64,000 nt of DNA from Haliotis rufescens (lineage: Eukaryota): assembly GCF_023055435.1 (NCBI RefSeq), contig NW_025964383.1, forward strand, positions 7,254,001 to 7,318,000, given 5' to 3'. The notes beneath the pieces are model-generated. The model searched no databases and was not told the DNA's origin. It saw nothing but the letters and a program-made list of their open reading frames with translations. Of the stretch, positions 52,601-60,714 are shown piece by piece (position 1 is the stretch's first letter; every line of letters starts with the position of its first letter). The position numbers were made by a program, and so were the translations under genes.

Positions 52601-53085
52601 TTACAGGTTAGAACTCAAGTCGACTCACCCTCTTGTTGTATGTACGGCTATGCCATGTGGGGAATCTAGGCCCGTCTGTATGATGATTTTGTATGTTCTG
52701 GTCTTGTCACTTGCGTGTAGGGGCGCCATGATGATCCAGTTATACAGGGCGTCCGTCCAGTACAGGTTACCGGACTGCCAATCCACGGCCATGCCGTACA
52801 CCTCTGGAGACGTTCCCGTGAAGACGTCTGAGGTGTCGGTACTGCCGTTCAGAACGAGGCTCTGTATTCGTTTGTTCATGGCCTCGCTCCATATCAAGGT
52901 TTGGGTGGTGTAGTCGAAAGCCAGAGCAGAAAACTCCCATCCAAGATGTGGCGCGCTGATGTGCCTGATCTTAACCTTGCCACTAACTACCCACTCATCA
53001 GGGTCTCCCTCAATCCCCACCAGTCGGGACACAGAGTTCCTCAGGGACGGGACTTGGGCCCAGATAAGATTTTGTCCGTGTCGAA
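27700..53085 (-). CDS. LDL-receptor-family (LRP-like) single-pass membrane protein, 20 exons reconstructed, 5' end incomplete: 3x[YWTD propeller-EGF], S/T-rich stalk, TM, NPxY tail
   Basis: join(complement) 52629-53085, 50453-50699, 49912-50053, 48275-48388, 47451-47723, 46104-46257, 45764-45898, 45340-45457, 42461-42614, 41944-42066, 40645-40881, 40102-40273, 39488-39618, 38637-38793, 38387-38496, 36224-36346, 35626-35877, 29419-29484, 28407-28506, 27700-27892. All introns GT-AG with consistent phases; 3458 nt plus 1 upstream nt = 1153 codons. 15 YWTD-like motifs, three 6-Cys EGF domains, hydrophobic helix, IENPAY motif. Confidence 0.92.
27952..28400. repeat. Minisatellite, 53-bp unit (intron S-T)
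   Basis: tatatacttctgccttactgtatgaacgtatagtttcagcatttagatgaaaa, about 7 copies plus a degenerate edge. Confidence 0.9.
28407..28506 (-). CDS. LRP-like exon S: transmembrane helix
   Basis: tttgcag acceptor, gtaagt donor; [24 protein letters not shown] followed by basic YRK. Confidence 0.9.
28541..29200. repeat. Minisatellite, 59-bp unit (intron R-S)
   Basis: gaccaaggacatgtatacaggtataatgagttggcgtattggacgccatagtgacttgt, about 11 copies; degenerate to 29420. Confidence 0.95.
29419..29484 (-). CDS. LRP-like exon R: short stalk exon
   Basis: atttcag acceptor, gtaagt donor; [22 protein letters not shown]; phase 1-1. Confidence 0.75.
29615..29890 (-). mobile_element. tRNA-derived SINE family C (central region resembles the Nin domain as I recall it)
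   Basis: A-box gtctagttgtagagcg, B-box ggttcgaac; core ctgactccgagccgacaagccc...gcagagcggcaggcaggg...aagtacc. Confidence 0.65.
30656..30712 (-). mobile_element. 57-bp SINE 3' end inside the Tc1
   Basis: SINE tail flanked by a 13-bp TSD tcctgtgacattg (30643-30655, 30713-30725). Confidence 0.8.
30871..31041 (-). mobile_element. 5'-truncated SINE family B inside the Tc1
   Basis: Near-identical to 11121-11280; TSD-like taaaaaaaaca on both sides. Confidence 0.85.
31088..32099 (-). pseudogene. Tc1 transposase pseudogene (DD34E; N-terminus disrupted)
   Basis: ATG at 32099 gives [16 protein letters not shown] and hits a stop after about 40 codons; the C-terminal 255-aa frame has [21 protein letters not shown]. 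Confidence 0.88.
33118..34510 (-). mobile_element. Decayed Tc1 transposon (third family)
   Basis: Left TIR cactctccaaaaaaagaaacgcacagg, partial right TIR cctgtgcgtttctttt; frameshifted transposase 33242-34225 ([14 protein letters not shown], [23 protein letters not shown]). Confidence 0.85.
34542..34598. repeat. (CA)n microsatellite
   Basis: Seen directly. Confidence 0.95.
34679..34840 (+). mobile_element. tRNA-derived SINE family A
   Basis: Same body; TSD-like cacagcg(a/g)tg. Confidence 0.85.
35198..35473 (-). mobile_element. Inverted partial copy of the 29903 element
   Basis: Reverse complement aligns by eye with 29903-30181 (gtatggtggccgagagg...gcatgtgttat...aacaatcca...taattgatt). Confidence 0.7.
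35626..35877 (-). CDS. LRP-like exon Q: Ser/Thr/Pro-rich (mucin-like, O-glycosylation) stalk
   Basis: gcacag acceptor, cag/gtactt donor; [18 protein letters not shown]...TSTSPSSST; phase 1-1. Confidence 0.82.
36224..36346 (-). CDS. LRP-like exon P: EGF-like domain 3
   Basis: Phase 1-1; [35 protein letters not shown]. Confidence 0.92.
36670..38348. repeat. Minisatellite, 34-bp unit (intron O-P)
   Basis: acacatagtaacctctcgctaaccaccacagtac, roughly 49 copies. Confidence 0.97.
38387..38496 (-). CDS. LRP-like exon O: end of propeller 3
   Basis: cttacag acceptor, gtgaga donor; [10 protein letters not shown]...KLYGIYGF. Confidence 0.88.
38637..38793 (-). CDS. LRP-like exon N: propeller 3
   Basis: caatag acceptor, gtgagt donor; [12 protein letters not shown]...[17 protein letters not shown]. 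Confidence 0.92.
39488..39618 (-). CDS. LRP-like exon M: propeller 3
   Basis: cttgcag acceptor, gtaggt donor; [23 protein letters not shown]...WPNGLAVD. Confidence 0.93.
39701..39939. mobile_element. MITE-like element with tctcgcg/cgcgaga internal repeats (intron L-M)
   Basis: Ends gtcacgagat / atctcgtcac (1 mismatch); many inverted (tc)tcgcg motifs. Confidence 0.5.
40102..40273 (-). CDS. LRP-like exon L: propeller 3
   Basis: ttgcag acceptor, gtcagt donor; [19 protein letters not shown]...EPRAIAL. Confidence 0.92.
40645..40881 (-). CDS. LRP-like exon K: start of propeller 3
   Basis: ttcctag acceptor, gtaggg donor; [17 protein letters not shown]. Confidence 0.9.
41069..41374. repeat. Minisatellite, 32-bp unit (intron J-K)
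   Basis: catgacacagtttctagatcatgtgatgattt, about 9 near-perfect copies; degenerate copies from about 40890 to 41510. Confidence 0.93.
41944..42066 (-). CDS. LRP-like exon J: EGF-like domain 2
   Basis: Phase 1-1; [38 protein letters not shown]. Confidence 0.92.
42461..42614 (-). CDS. LRP-like exon I: end of propeller 2
   Basis: cttcag acceptor, gtaagc donor; [20 protein letters not shown]. Confidence 0.9.
42867..43288. repeat. Minisatellite, 34-bp unit (intron H-I)
   Basis: tgtgtcagacgtgtggtaggtagccctgtgtgcc, about 12 copies. Confidence 0.95.
43286..45340. repeat. Minisatellite, 28-bp unit (intron H-I), split by a retroposon
   Basis: gtgtctgtgtgagatgtggttatcactt, about 52 copies to 44745; degenerate copies 45000-45340. 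Confidence 0.95.
44746..44998 (-). mobile_element. Interspersed retroposon family D interrupting the 28-bp array; partial copy at about 2455-2560
   Basis: Shared segment gcggtctgtaa...cgagtc...gacaa..ca.tgattta with 2455-2560; tail related to families A and B. Confidence 0.6.
45340..45457 (-). CDS. LRP-like exon H: propeller 2
   Basis: ttgcag acceptor, gtgaca donor; [17 protein letters not shown]...FYGISIFQ. Confidence 0.9.
45764..45898 (-). CDS. LRP-like exon G: propeller 2
   Basis: ttccag acceptor, gtcagt donor; [27 protein letters not shown]. Confidence 0.9.
46104..46257 (-). CDS. LRP-like exon F: propeller 2
   Basis: ttctag acceptor, gtatgt donor; [15 protein letters not shown]...[11 protein letters not shown]. 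Confidence 0.9.
46233..47353. repeat. Minisatellite, 69/67-bp units containing the exon F acceptor junction
   Basis: About 16 units; 477-bp higher-order duplication (4x69 + 3x67) shown by identical ORFs at 46484 and 46961. Confidence 0.95.
47356..47495. repeat. 47-48-bp triplication of the exon E 3' end
   Basis: ctgatacaaccccagttcca..ctatcgtctccgctgt.gctc at 47356, 47404 and 47451. Confidence 0.93.
47451..47723 (-). CDS. LRP-like exon E: start of propeller 2
   Basis: ctttcag acceptor, gtgagc donor; [16 protein letters not shown]. Confidence 0.9.
47911..48156 (-). mobile_element. Diverged SINE family B (intron D-E)
   Basis: (gtga)n tail, gtgggaggaa, gcgccttaga...gggccacccgtgc shared with the 11121 copy. 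Confidence 0.7.
48275..48388 (-). CDS. LRP-like exon D: EGF-like domain 1
   Basis: Phase 1-1 exon, [38 protein letters not shown] (6 Cys); this frame is absent from the ORF track. Confidence 0.9.
48620..49930. repeat. Minisatellite, 34-bp unit containing the exon C donor junction
   Basis: tgttgtatagatgtgacatacgtacgtgatacac, roughly 38 copies. Confidence 0.96.
49912..50053 (-). CDS. LRP-like exon C: end of propeller 1
   Basis: gtttcag acceptor, gtacgt donor; [18 protein letters not shown]...PYDIIMY. Confidence 0.88.
50453..50699 (-). CDS. LRP-like exon B: propeller 1
   Basis: cttcag acceptor, gtatgt donor; [27 protein letters not shown]. Confidence 0.92.
50893..52515. repeat. Minisatellite, 53-bp unit (intron A-B)
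   Basis: ccgtcccaactcaccatctttctatatgtgaactatcctgtgttgaggtaatt, about 30 copies. Confidence 0.96.
52629..53085 (-). CDS. LRP-like exon A: start of YWTD propeller 1
   Basis: Acceptor gtttcag, donor gtgagt; encodes [14 protein letters not shown] and [15 protein letters not shown]; begins in phase 1, so an upstream exon is needed. Confidence 0.9.
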
Positions 53086-54055
53086 CTGAAACAAGCACCA
53101 TGACGACAATGTGTGAGTTACAATCCAGCTGAATGAACAAAGGTCGCCTGTGGGTATCTCCAGAAATGATCAGAAGCTGAACATTAAATAAATCAATTTT
53201 ATCGATCGTATATATGCCTTTTTTTTAAGAGTGTCAGGTATGACGTATTTACAGTTTGTATTTCTTGTTTGTTTCCATTATTATTCTATCAGGACCAAAC
53301 AACAATTAATGGTGCACAAGGATGAGTACTCTGCCGTCGTGCATCAAGGGGATTGTGGACATATATGTTGAGGTCATTTCTGTCCTTAGATCGTAAACAG
53401 ATTACATTGATCGTCCATCTACTTGAATATGGTTAAACGTCCCTGGGACACACATGTGCATATACTCTCATCATGATGTCTCCTACATCTACCACGGGTC
53501 TACGACGTGCAGGTTTCTGCCTGTTAGTATGCTAAGTCCACGTACCCGTTGTTGTGGCATGCGCGTAGACAAATACTTTTATAACGTGCGCGTATATATC
53601 TGTCACGTCCCTGTCTCGTGCTTGTGTCACGTGTACGTCCATAATACCTATGCCCCATGCAAAGTAACATAACTGTATCACATATACTTTGTTTGGTCAC
53701 TTGTATAACAAGTTGTCACATTACACGTTCTTTTGTCATGTCCCTACTGGGTTGCATGTAAACATGGTTGCGTCATACACTGAAAATAAAATATACACAT
53801 TGTCAAACTATGTTTCATCCACAAAAGCCAGAGACATTAAGTACAAAGAAACATCGGACGCTGACATTTTTCGCAAAAAATAGAATTCAGGTGTTTTGTA
53901 AATATAAAAACATGTGCCACTAAGTTGTTGTTGAGCGCTATTGATTGCTGCTATTCGTGATAAGGTACTTGTACATGTTGTCAATCCAACTTGAGTTCAC
54001 TGTATATAATTTGTCATATTTGTTATAGATCCTTGTGGAGGGGTAGGGTGGAGGG

Positions 54056-54192
54056 CATGGGCGGATATAGCTTTTTTGAAAAGGGGGGGGGGGGGGGGGG
54101 GGGGTGCACAATTAAGACCTATTTATTGTCTTTGGTGGTAATTTATACAGAAATAAAGATTTTTTTCGAAATAAAAAGGGGGGGTGCGCGCA

Positions 54193-54229
<37 letters not shown>

Positions 54230-54257
54230 TCTCTCTCTCTCTCTGTATCCGCCCATG
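54056..54257. mobile_element. MITE with catgggcggata TIRs and poly-G/poly-C tracts
   Basis: Perfect 12-bp TIR catgggcggata / tatccgcccatg; flanked by an 18-bp direct repeat. Confidence 0.7.
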
Positions 54258-54259
54258 GA

Positions 54260-54351
54260 GGGGTAGGGTGGAGGGGTAGCTTAGTGGTTCAAGCGTTCGC
54301 TCGTCACGCCGAAGACCCGGGTTTCACTCCCCACATGGGTACAATTTGTGA
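54260..54351 (+). mobile_element. SINE family A, 5' part
   Basis: gtagcttagtggttcaagcgttcgctcgtcacgccgaagacccggg...catgggtacaat. Confidence 0.8.
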
Positions 54352-55368
54352 TTCGTGCTGAACAAAACGTGTATACACAATTGTGTGTGTGCCCCCATAG
54401 TTGTGTCTTGGGGGACGTTCGTGACCTAGAAAACAGCAACCGGAAAGAGTAGACATGAACGGAAGTCAGCCAGTAGGCGAGCATAAAGAACAGTCATATA
54501 AATACAGTGTAAGACGGCAACATGTACTCAAAGAGACGGAAGTCAATACTTGTCGAGTTGGAAATAAATTACGTCAGTTGCACAGAGCTCGTGTACAAGA
54601 AACAAACTACAGTACACACTTCCAACAACTAGCCTGCATGTTGGCACATATTGCCACTGTCGAAGCTGTTTGAACAAGGGGATGAAGGGGTACTTCATTT
54701 AAGATTTCTGATTCGATATTTCATATGTGTGAGTGTCTCCCTGAGAGGGAAGAGATAACGGTTAGGTTACGGTTAGATGTCGGTTAGGTTGCTGCTGGGA
54801 TTTTATGGAAAAAGTAAATTATCCCCGAAAAGTATTGATAAATATAATTATGCTTCAGAATGTTGAAAAAATGAAATTAGCAACCACAAAAACTGTATTG
54901 TTGCAAGGTGCATTTTTCTTAAAAAATCTGGCTCATATGTTTAAATAAAATAATCTGGTTTTGTTGCTACAAAGAATCTCGCAGATCTCGGTCCCTTATC
55001 TATCATATTCTCATTACCGAACTTGACATAGCTGCGGCATGACATTGTCCATCCCACTTCACATATTGCCAGAAGTCTCGGTGAGGAATGTCCCCATGTC
55101 ACACCTGTTAGAGCCCATATTGTCACACCTGTTAGAGCCCATATTGTTACACCTGTTTGTAAAACATATGACGCAGTTTTGTGGACATCGTGTGACCAAA
55201 GTCCTAAGTGGAAGAGAATGCCCCCTTTGAACCCCATCTCTCGTCTAAAGTAAGTACTCCTGCCTAAAGATACAAACATTTCGTTTTTGGCAGCTGAGAA
55301 AGAACTTGCAATGCAATGATGTCCGTTTGATTCACTGGAGATGAGTGTCTCTTATCAAACTCATAAAG

Positions 55369-55524
55369 CACTTTCACGTAGACACACTTTGACGTAGACA
55401 CACTTTGACGTAGACACACTTTCACGTAGACACACTTTCACGTAGACACACTTTCACGTAGACACACTTTCAAGTAGATACACTTTCACGTAGACACACT
55501 TTCACGTAGACACACTTTGACGTA
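55369..55524. repeat. Minisatellite, 16-bp unit
   Basis: cacgtagacacacttt, about 9 copies. Confidence 0.93.
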
Positions 55525-56514
55525 TCTAGGTATTTCCGTAAATTCTCGATTGCGTCAATGTCATATTTTAAACTTTATAGCCACGTCATGACGTCAAGAT
55601 AGTCCGACTATTGTTACGCATTGCGACGTCTTCAGGAGTAACCCGCATTTTTCATTTCGTAATGTTCAACTCACTTCAAGTTGAGAAAATGTTTAAACTC
55701 AGTCTTTAATAAGCATTCTAATAATTGCTGATAATCAAGGTTGTTTATAGCAACTGTATCTGACCTAAAACTAGGCGTTTATCGAGTATATGAACTGAAG
55801 CGTCACGAAGCGTAAACAGAGAAGTTCGATGCATTGCTTGCCATGACCCCGTGTTTTTACTACATCAGCTAATGTTTAAAAGTTTCATTTTACACGAGTC
55901 GATAGAGCATACCGTCACAGCATACGGACACACGAGAGCAGCGTGCGATCCGCGGACAGTCATTATCACTGTATACGTCACCCTGGGGTGGGAGTTTGGT
56001 GTCGGAAATGGGAAGGCGGCGTGAGCCCCCGGGGCAGTGCTACGTGAGCTCCCTACACAGCAACGTGTCAGAATATCCACAATGGTTTGTGGTACTTGTC
56101 TGTGACACAAGTTGCAGGATGTCATTGCACCCATTTTTATCCTGATATTATTTCCTAAACGGTAATTATTGATTAATTTAAGGATTTCATTTTCACATTA
56201 GTTTACTTACAATCGTAGTCAATTACTTTAAATTACTCAATTCGTTATGAGTTACTTGGCAAGAATGTAAATGAAGTACCATTAAAAACTGTTCACTTGA
56301 ATAATACATTCTATTAATATGCATTTATTTAGTTTATACCTGAGATATGATTGTACTAATCCCAACGATGCTTATGTTTGATGTCAGCTGAACATATATG
56401 ATAGTTGGATTCAGGCTTCAGACCAATCACAAAAAACACTGGTAAAGACAATTTCAGTATCATAATGCATTATAAAGTTCATTTTTTATCAATCTTGTCA
56501 AGAACGAGCACATA

Positions 56515-57690
56515 GATGGGTGGCTGAAAGGTTCTGGGCCTAACTATGATGGACTGTGTTGATGGAGTTATTTCTCATCCTATAGTACCCTCATAGGTCC
56601 ACACACTTCTCCCGGCGATACTGAAGTGTCTATATCCCACTGGTGGCTTCTCCTGGCGATACTGAAGTGTCTATATCCCACTGGTGGCTTCTCCCGGCGA
56701 TACTGAAGTGTCTATATCCCACTGGTGGCTTCTCCCGGCGATACTGAAGTGTCTATATCCCACTGGTGGCTTCTCCCGGCGATACTGAAGTGTCTATATC
56801 CCACTGGTGGCTTCTCCCGGCGATACTGAAGTGTCTATATCCCACTGGTGGCTTCTCCCGGCGATACTGAAGTGTCTATATCCCACTGGTGGCTTCTCCC
56901 GGCGATACTGAAGTGTCTATATCCCACTGGTGGCTTCTCCTGGTAGTGTAAAGGTCCTCCACAGCAGATATGACGTCATCATCATTTTCATAATGCTTGC
57001 CAGACAGCGCTTTCTTCAAGTTGGAAAGTTCAGTGTGGGAGCGCTATGATTGCGTTGTGGAACGAGGCCCTGGTGAATACGGAGAATGTCCAATAAGTTC
57101 AGGCTCAGGCACCAAAGCCTAGATGACAACACACCTTGTTCTGTTTTCCCGACGTTTAGTCTAGATATTCTCATACAGTTGCCTGAATATATTAGCATAT
57201 TATTGGTCATTAATGGTCTGACCTTGCGGAGGTAGTCCCCAAGTAGGATTCTTTTGTAATCCCAGAAAAGCGAAGCAATGAACTTGCCAGCTGGCGGAAC
57301 AGACGTATACGTCATAGGAGGAGATGTTAGATGATGCCACTGCTTTGACTGTTGTTGAGTATCTGGCTGATAGTGGCGAACCCACGGCTCATCCATTGTT
57401 ACAACCGCTCACAAAACGACGTACATTCTCACAAGAGATGATGAACATGGAGTCTTTCTGATCAGAAGTCAGAAGCCCTGGACCCCAGTGTGCCGTGACC
57501 TTTGTTATGCTCAGCTCCTTCCCCAGATCGTTCTAGGCGCTCTCATGAGAAATGCCTTCTGTATTGGGTGTGTGGCGTCTGGTGAGACGTTGATCAACCA
57601 TAATCATATCGTGTATTTCATCAACATTTTTCTTGATATTGTTAGATTCTACTATTTTGTGACAACATAGAAACACAGTCATATCATCGG
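56515..57690 (-). mobile_element. Decayed mariner-type transposon
   Basis: Remnants DEPWVRHYQPDTQQQSKQW and AGKFIASLFWD, a WVPRLLT-like WGPGLLT, a C-terminal REKCVD segment, and a mariner-like end gggtggctgaaaggttctgggcct. Confidence 0.8.
56606..56943. repeat. Minisatellite, 41-bp unit inside the mariner remnant
   Basis: cttctcccggcgatactgaagtgtctatatcccactggtgg, 8 near-perfect copies. Confidence 0.96.
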
Positions 57691-57989
57691 TAAGAAAAAC
57701 CAAAAGGGTTCACGAATCCAAAGTAGAAGAAAATATAAAGAATAAAAAAGGAACAAGGAACCAAGGCGCTTAGTTAAAAAAAAGTATGTCAAAACACAAC
57801 CTGATAGTGTATTTTGTCCCTCATTTGTATCTTATGAATGTAGGATTATACTCTAGATATTGTCAATGTCCTAAACGCATTCTACTCGAATTAATCAGAC
57901 CTTCCGATAATCGAATCGTGCAAAATTGATAACCCATTATCGTCAATCGGTCATGGCGATAATGAAGTTAGTGATATCCTGTTATCCAA

Positions 57990-58990
57990 AGACAAAATGT
58001 GTCCTTTATCATGGAAAGAAGCATCAATTACTCCACTCTAAAGGGAGGGTGGTGTATATGATTGTTCAAATTACAGACCTGTAGCCCTTTCAAGTTGCTT
58101 ATCAAAGATGTTTTAAGAAATGTATATTCAAATATGTATTTAAATTCTTCAGAGATAACAGTTTACAATCAGGATTTATGCTTGGTATTAATAATGATTT
58201 GGTTAACATTTCAAACTGGAACGAATGGAAAATAGAATACAATCCCGGTAAGATTGAACGTCGAACATTAACCGTTGAGCCGACCCGGTCTTAGACCGAA
58301 TTTATATGTGAACGATATTTCCCTTCAAGAAGTAGAAAGTCACAAGCACGTGGGTATAACACTTCAAAGTGGTTGTTCGTGGAAAATGCATATCGATGAT
58401 TTTGTCAAAAACGTAAATCCCATGATCTTGCTTAAGAAATTTAATATACCAGGTATGTAGAAAAACTATATAGATAAAGACGCTGCCTATTTTCCACTGG
58501 TGTTGTCATATTTGGGACAGTGGCACAAAAGAACAATTTCTTTTATTAGAACAACCTGCATTTACCGCGCTATGAACAGTTTGCGGTGCGGTTCTTGGCA
58601 CCGGTCATGATAAACCATAGAACGAAACAAGTTCCAGTTCTCAACAAGGAAGATACCAGTTCAAATTGAAGACCTTTTATGAAATGAATATCGGTCTTGT
58701 ATCGGAATATCTTAGTCAACTTTATTGCAGCTCAAAGTTCAGATAATAGCATATGAGAGATGGATCTAATTTATCAACTGAAGGACTGAAAGGTATGGAA
58801 ACTTGTTTCTCCCTTACGTTTAAACTGTGGAACGCACTTCTTAATTAACGCGTGCTCATTAAGAGAACTTAACACTCTTAACAATGGCCCTGACACTACA
58901 AATGAATATATAGACTAACATTTCGGTCCTAGATTCTGTCAAATTATGCATTGTCACCTCGGGCTCGGCTGCAGCGAATTGAACGCTCAT
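57990..58990 (+). pseudogene. Degenerate CR1/L2-group LINE ORF2 remnant
   Basis: WKEASITPL, NYRPVALSSCLSKMF, ESHKHVGITLQSGCSWKMHID, KLWNAL. Confidence 0.75.
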
Positions 58991-60499
58991 AAATATAATA
59001 ACGTCAACGCCAGAGAATAACCAGCATCGATTATCCGACGAAACAGGTTCCAGTGGGCGAAAAGGGCAAATTGGGCGTGAAAACTAAATAGAAGTGCTTA
59101 TACATGCTTTTACATTCATATATAAATAATGTAACCTTTTTCATTTTAACATATAATCCATTACTTACTAATAATGTCACAATATACATCTATGCTCAGA
59201 GCTAAATGCTTTGTTGAAGCCTATTAAACGTTCCATGTTCCAAGTTTGTAACAATATTTTGTAGAGTTCGTTGAGTTAGGCAATTCTACTCAGCACTTTG
59301 TCAGATTTACGTTTGTTCAAACTATACTGAACTTCCCCGTGCTAATTGGAATATACGTCAATGGCCGCTGGAACCAGCCTATGTTTGGTGCGTCACTATT
59401 GTTAGCACTTTTTAATAGTACTGTGTTAGTACAGGCGTTTGATCGGAGGTTAGTTTAGCAGTCGTTAAACAGAGCTTTACTCCATGATTCTGTGGGTATA
59501 TCATAAGTTTGTTTGATCCATAATGTCTGCTAAAAGTGACGCCAGTCATCTCATATCCAGAGTCCAGTCATTCAGCTGTTTACTGATCTGTCTCACAGTC
59601 CCTGAACCCTAATTTCAATTCACCCCAGCCCTTTCTGTAATAACAAAGCCCCCAAATGAAGCAAGTTTAGATTTTCAACAGCTTCTCCCATCACACTGGG
59701 GCTCCTTTTCAATTTAAATGGGGTTATTTGTTTCTATCAACATCATATATTTTCGGGGACTAAGCGTTTGTCTAGCCGTTTACCTTCATCTGGATGTCTA
59801 GTGTATCTACACGTTGGTATCTGTTGCGTGTGTTCATACATAAGCATGTTTGTACTTTGGAAACATATCAAGGAAGTGGAATGGTGCTGCTTCATGTATT
59901 TATTTGTTTATTAAACCATGATGGAACCCCAATAGGTTGCACTGTCACTGGACGCCTCGCACACACTGTCAGTTAGAAATGTTGTGTTGGGATTGACAGA
60001 GGAGAAGTGCATTTGAAAAATCAAGACTGTCTTATCTAGCCTTGATGACGATAAGAACTAACAAGGCATTCATATGCAGATTACTCCCCTCATATGTGTA
60101 ACTCTGCACGAAAATGTTGCCAAGAGACCGAACCGTGTTGTATTTTTGTAATTGGGGGTAACTGATAAAGTAATATGTTTTACTCAATGTAGTTTCAATA
60201 CATGGCAAGTTGCATGCCGCTACACATGATGTTCCTATAACATTTCTCATGCTTGGATGTTATGTTTGTACTGGGCATAGAATCAATGCATGAATAACAG
60301 TAGATACAGGACAACAGAAATCATTCAGTATTTCGACAATCGCTGTCGTGCTAGGGACCTCGTAATCGAGCATGACCTTTGCCAATTTAAAGATATTTAT
60401 AAATAATAATATTGTTAATAAGACACAGTTATTTCACATAAAGTTCTTGAAAGGTAAACATTTACTTTTGTTTTGCTGAACATACATGTAGTGACCTAG

Positions 60500-60650
60500 A
60501 ACCAAGCGGTTACCTGGTGTTTATATTTGTATGGCTCAAGGCCTGGGTTCGATACCCCACGAAGGTAAAATTCATGAAAGACACTTTAGTGACATCTGTT
60601 GTGATCTTTCTTCAATGCTATTAAATGTTGGCTTAAACATCACTGAGACA
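60500..60650 (+). mobile_element. Degenerate SINE (family A-like)
   Basis: B-box gggttcgatacccc and weak similarity to the family A body and tail. Confidence 0.45.
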
Positions 60651-60714
60651 AACTGATCACTGAAGCCAATCGTCTTGGTAGGTTTTGACCATCTTCGTGT
60701 CGACAGCGTAGAAA

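Noticed and set aside
27700-53085. Assigning the symbol LRP4, LRP5/6 or LRP1
   Set aside because: Domain count and tail motifs match none of them exactly, and orthology cannot be tested here.
55865-56134. ORF as first coding exon of the LRP-like gene
   Set aside because: MTVRGSHAALVCPYAVT ends in phase 0 at the donor-like site (phase 1 is needed) and lacks a hydrophobic signal core.
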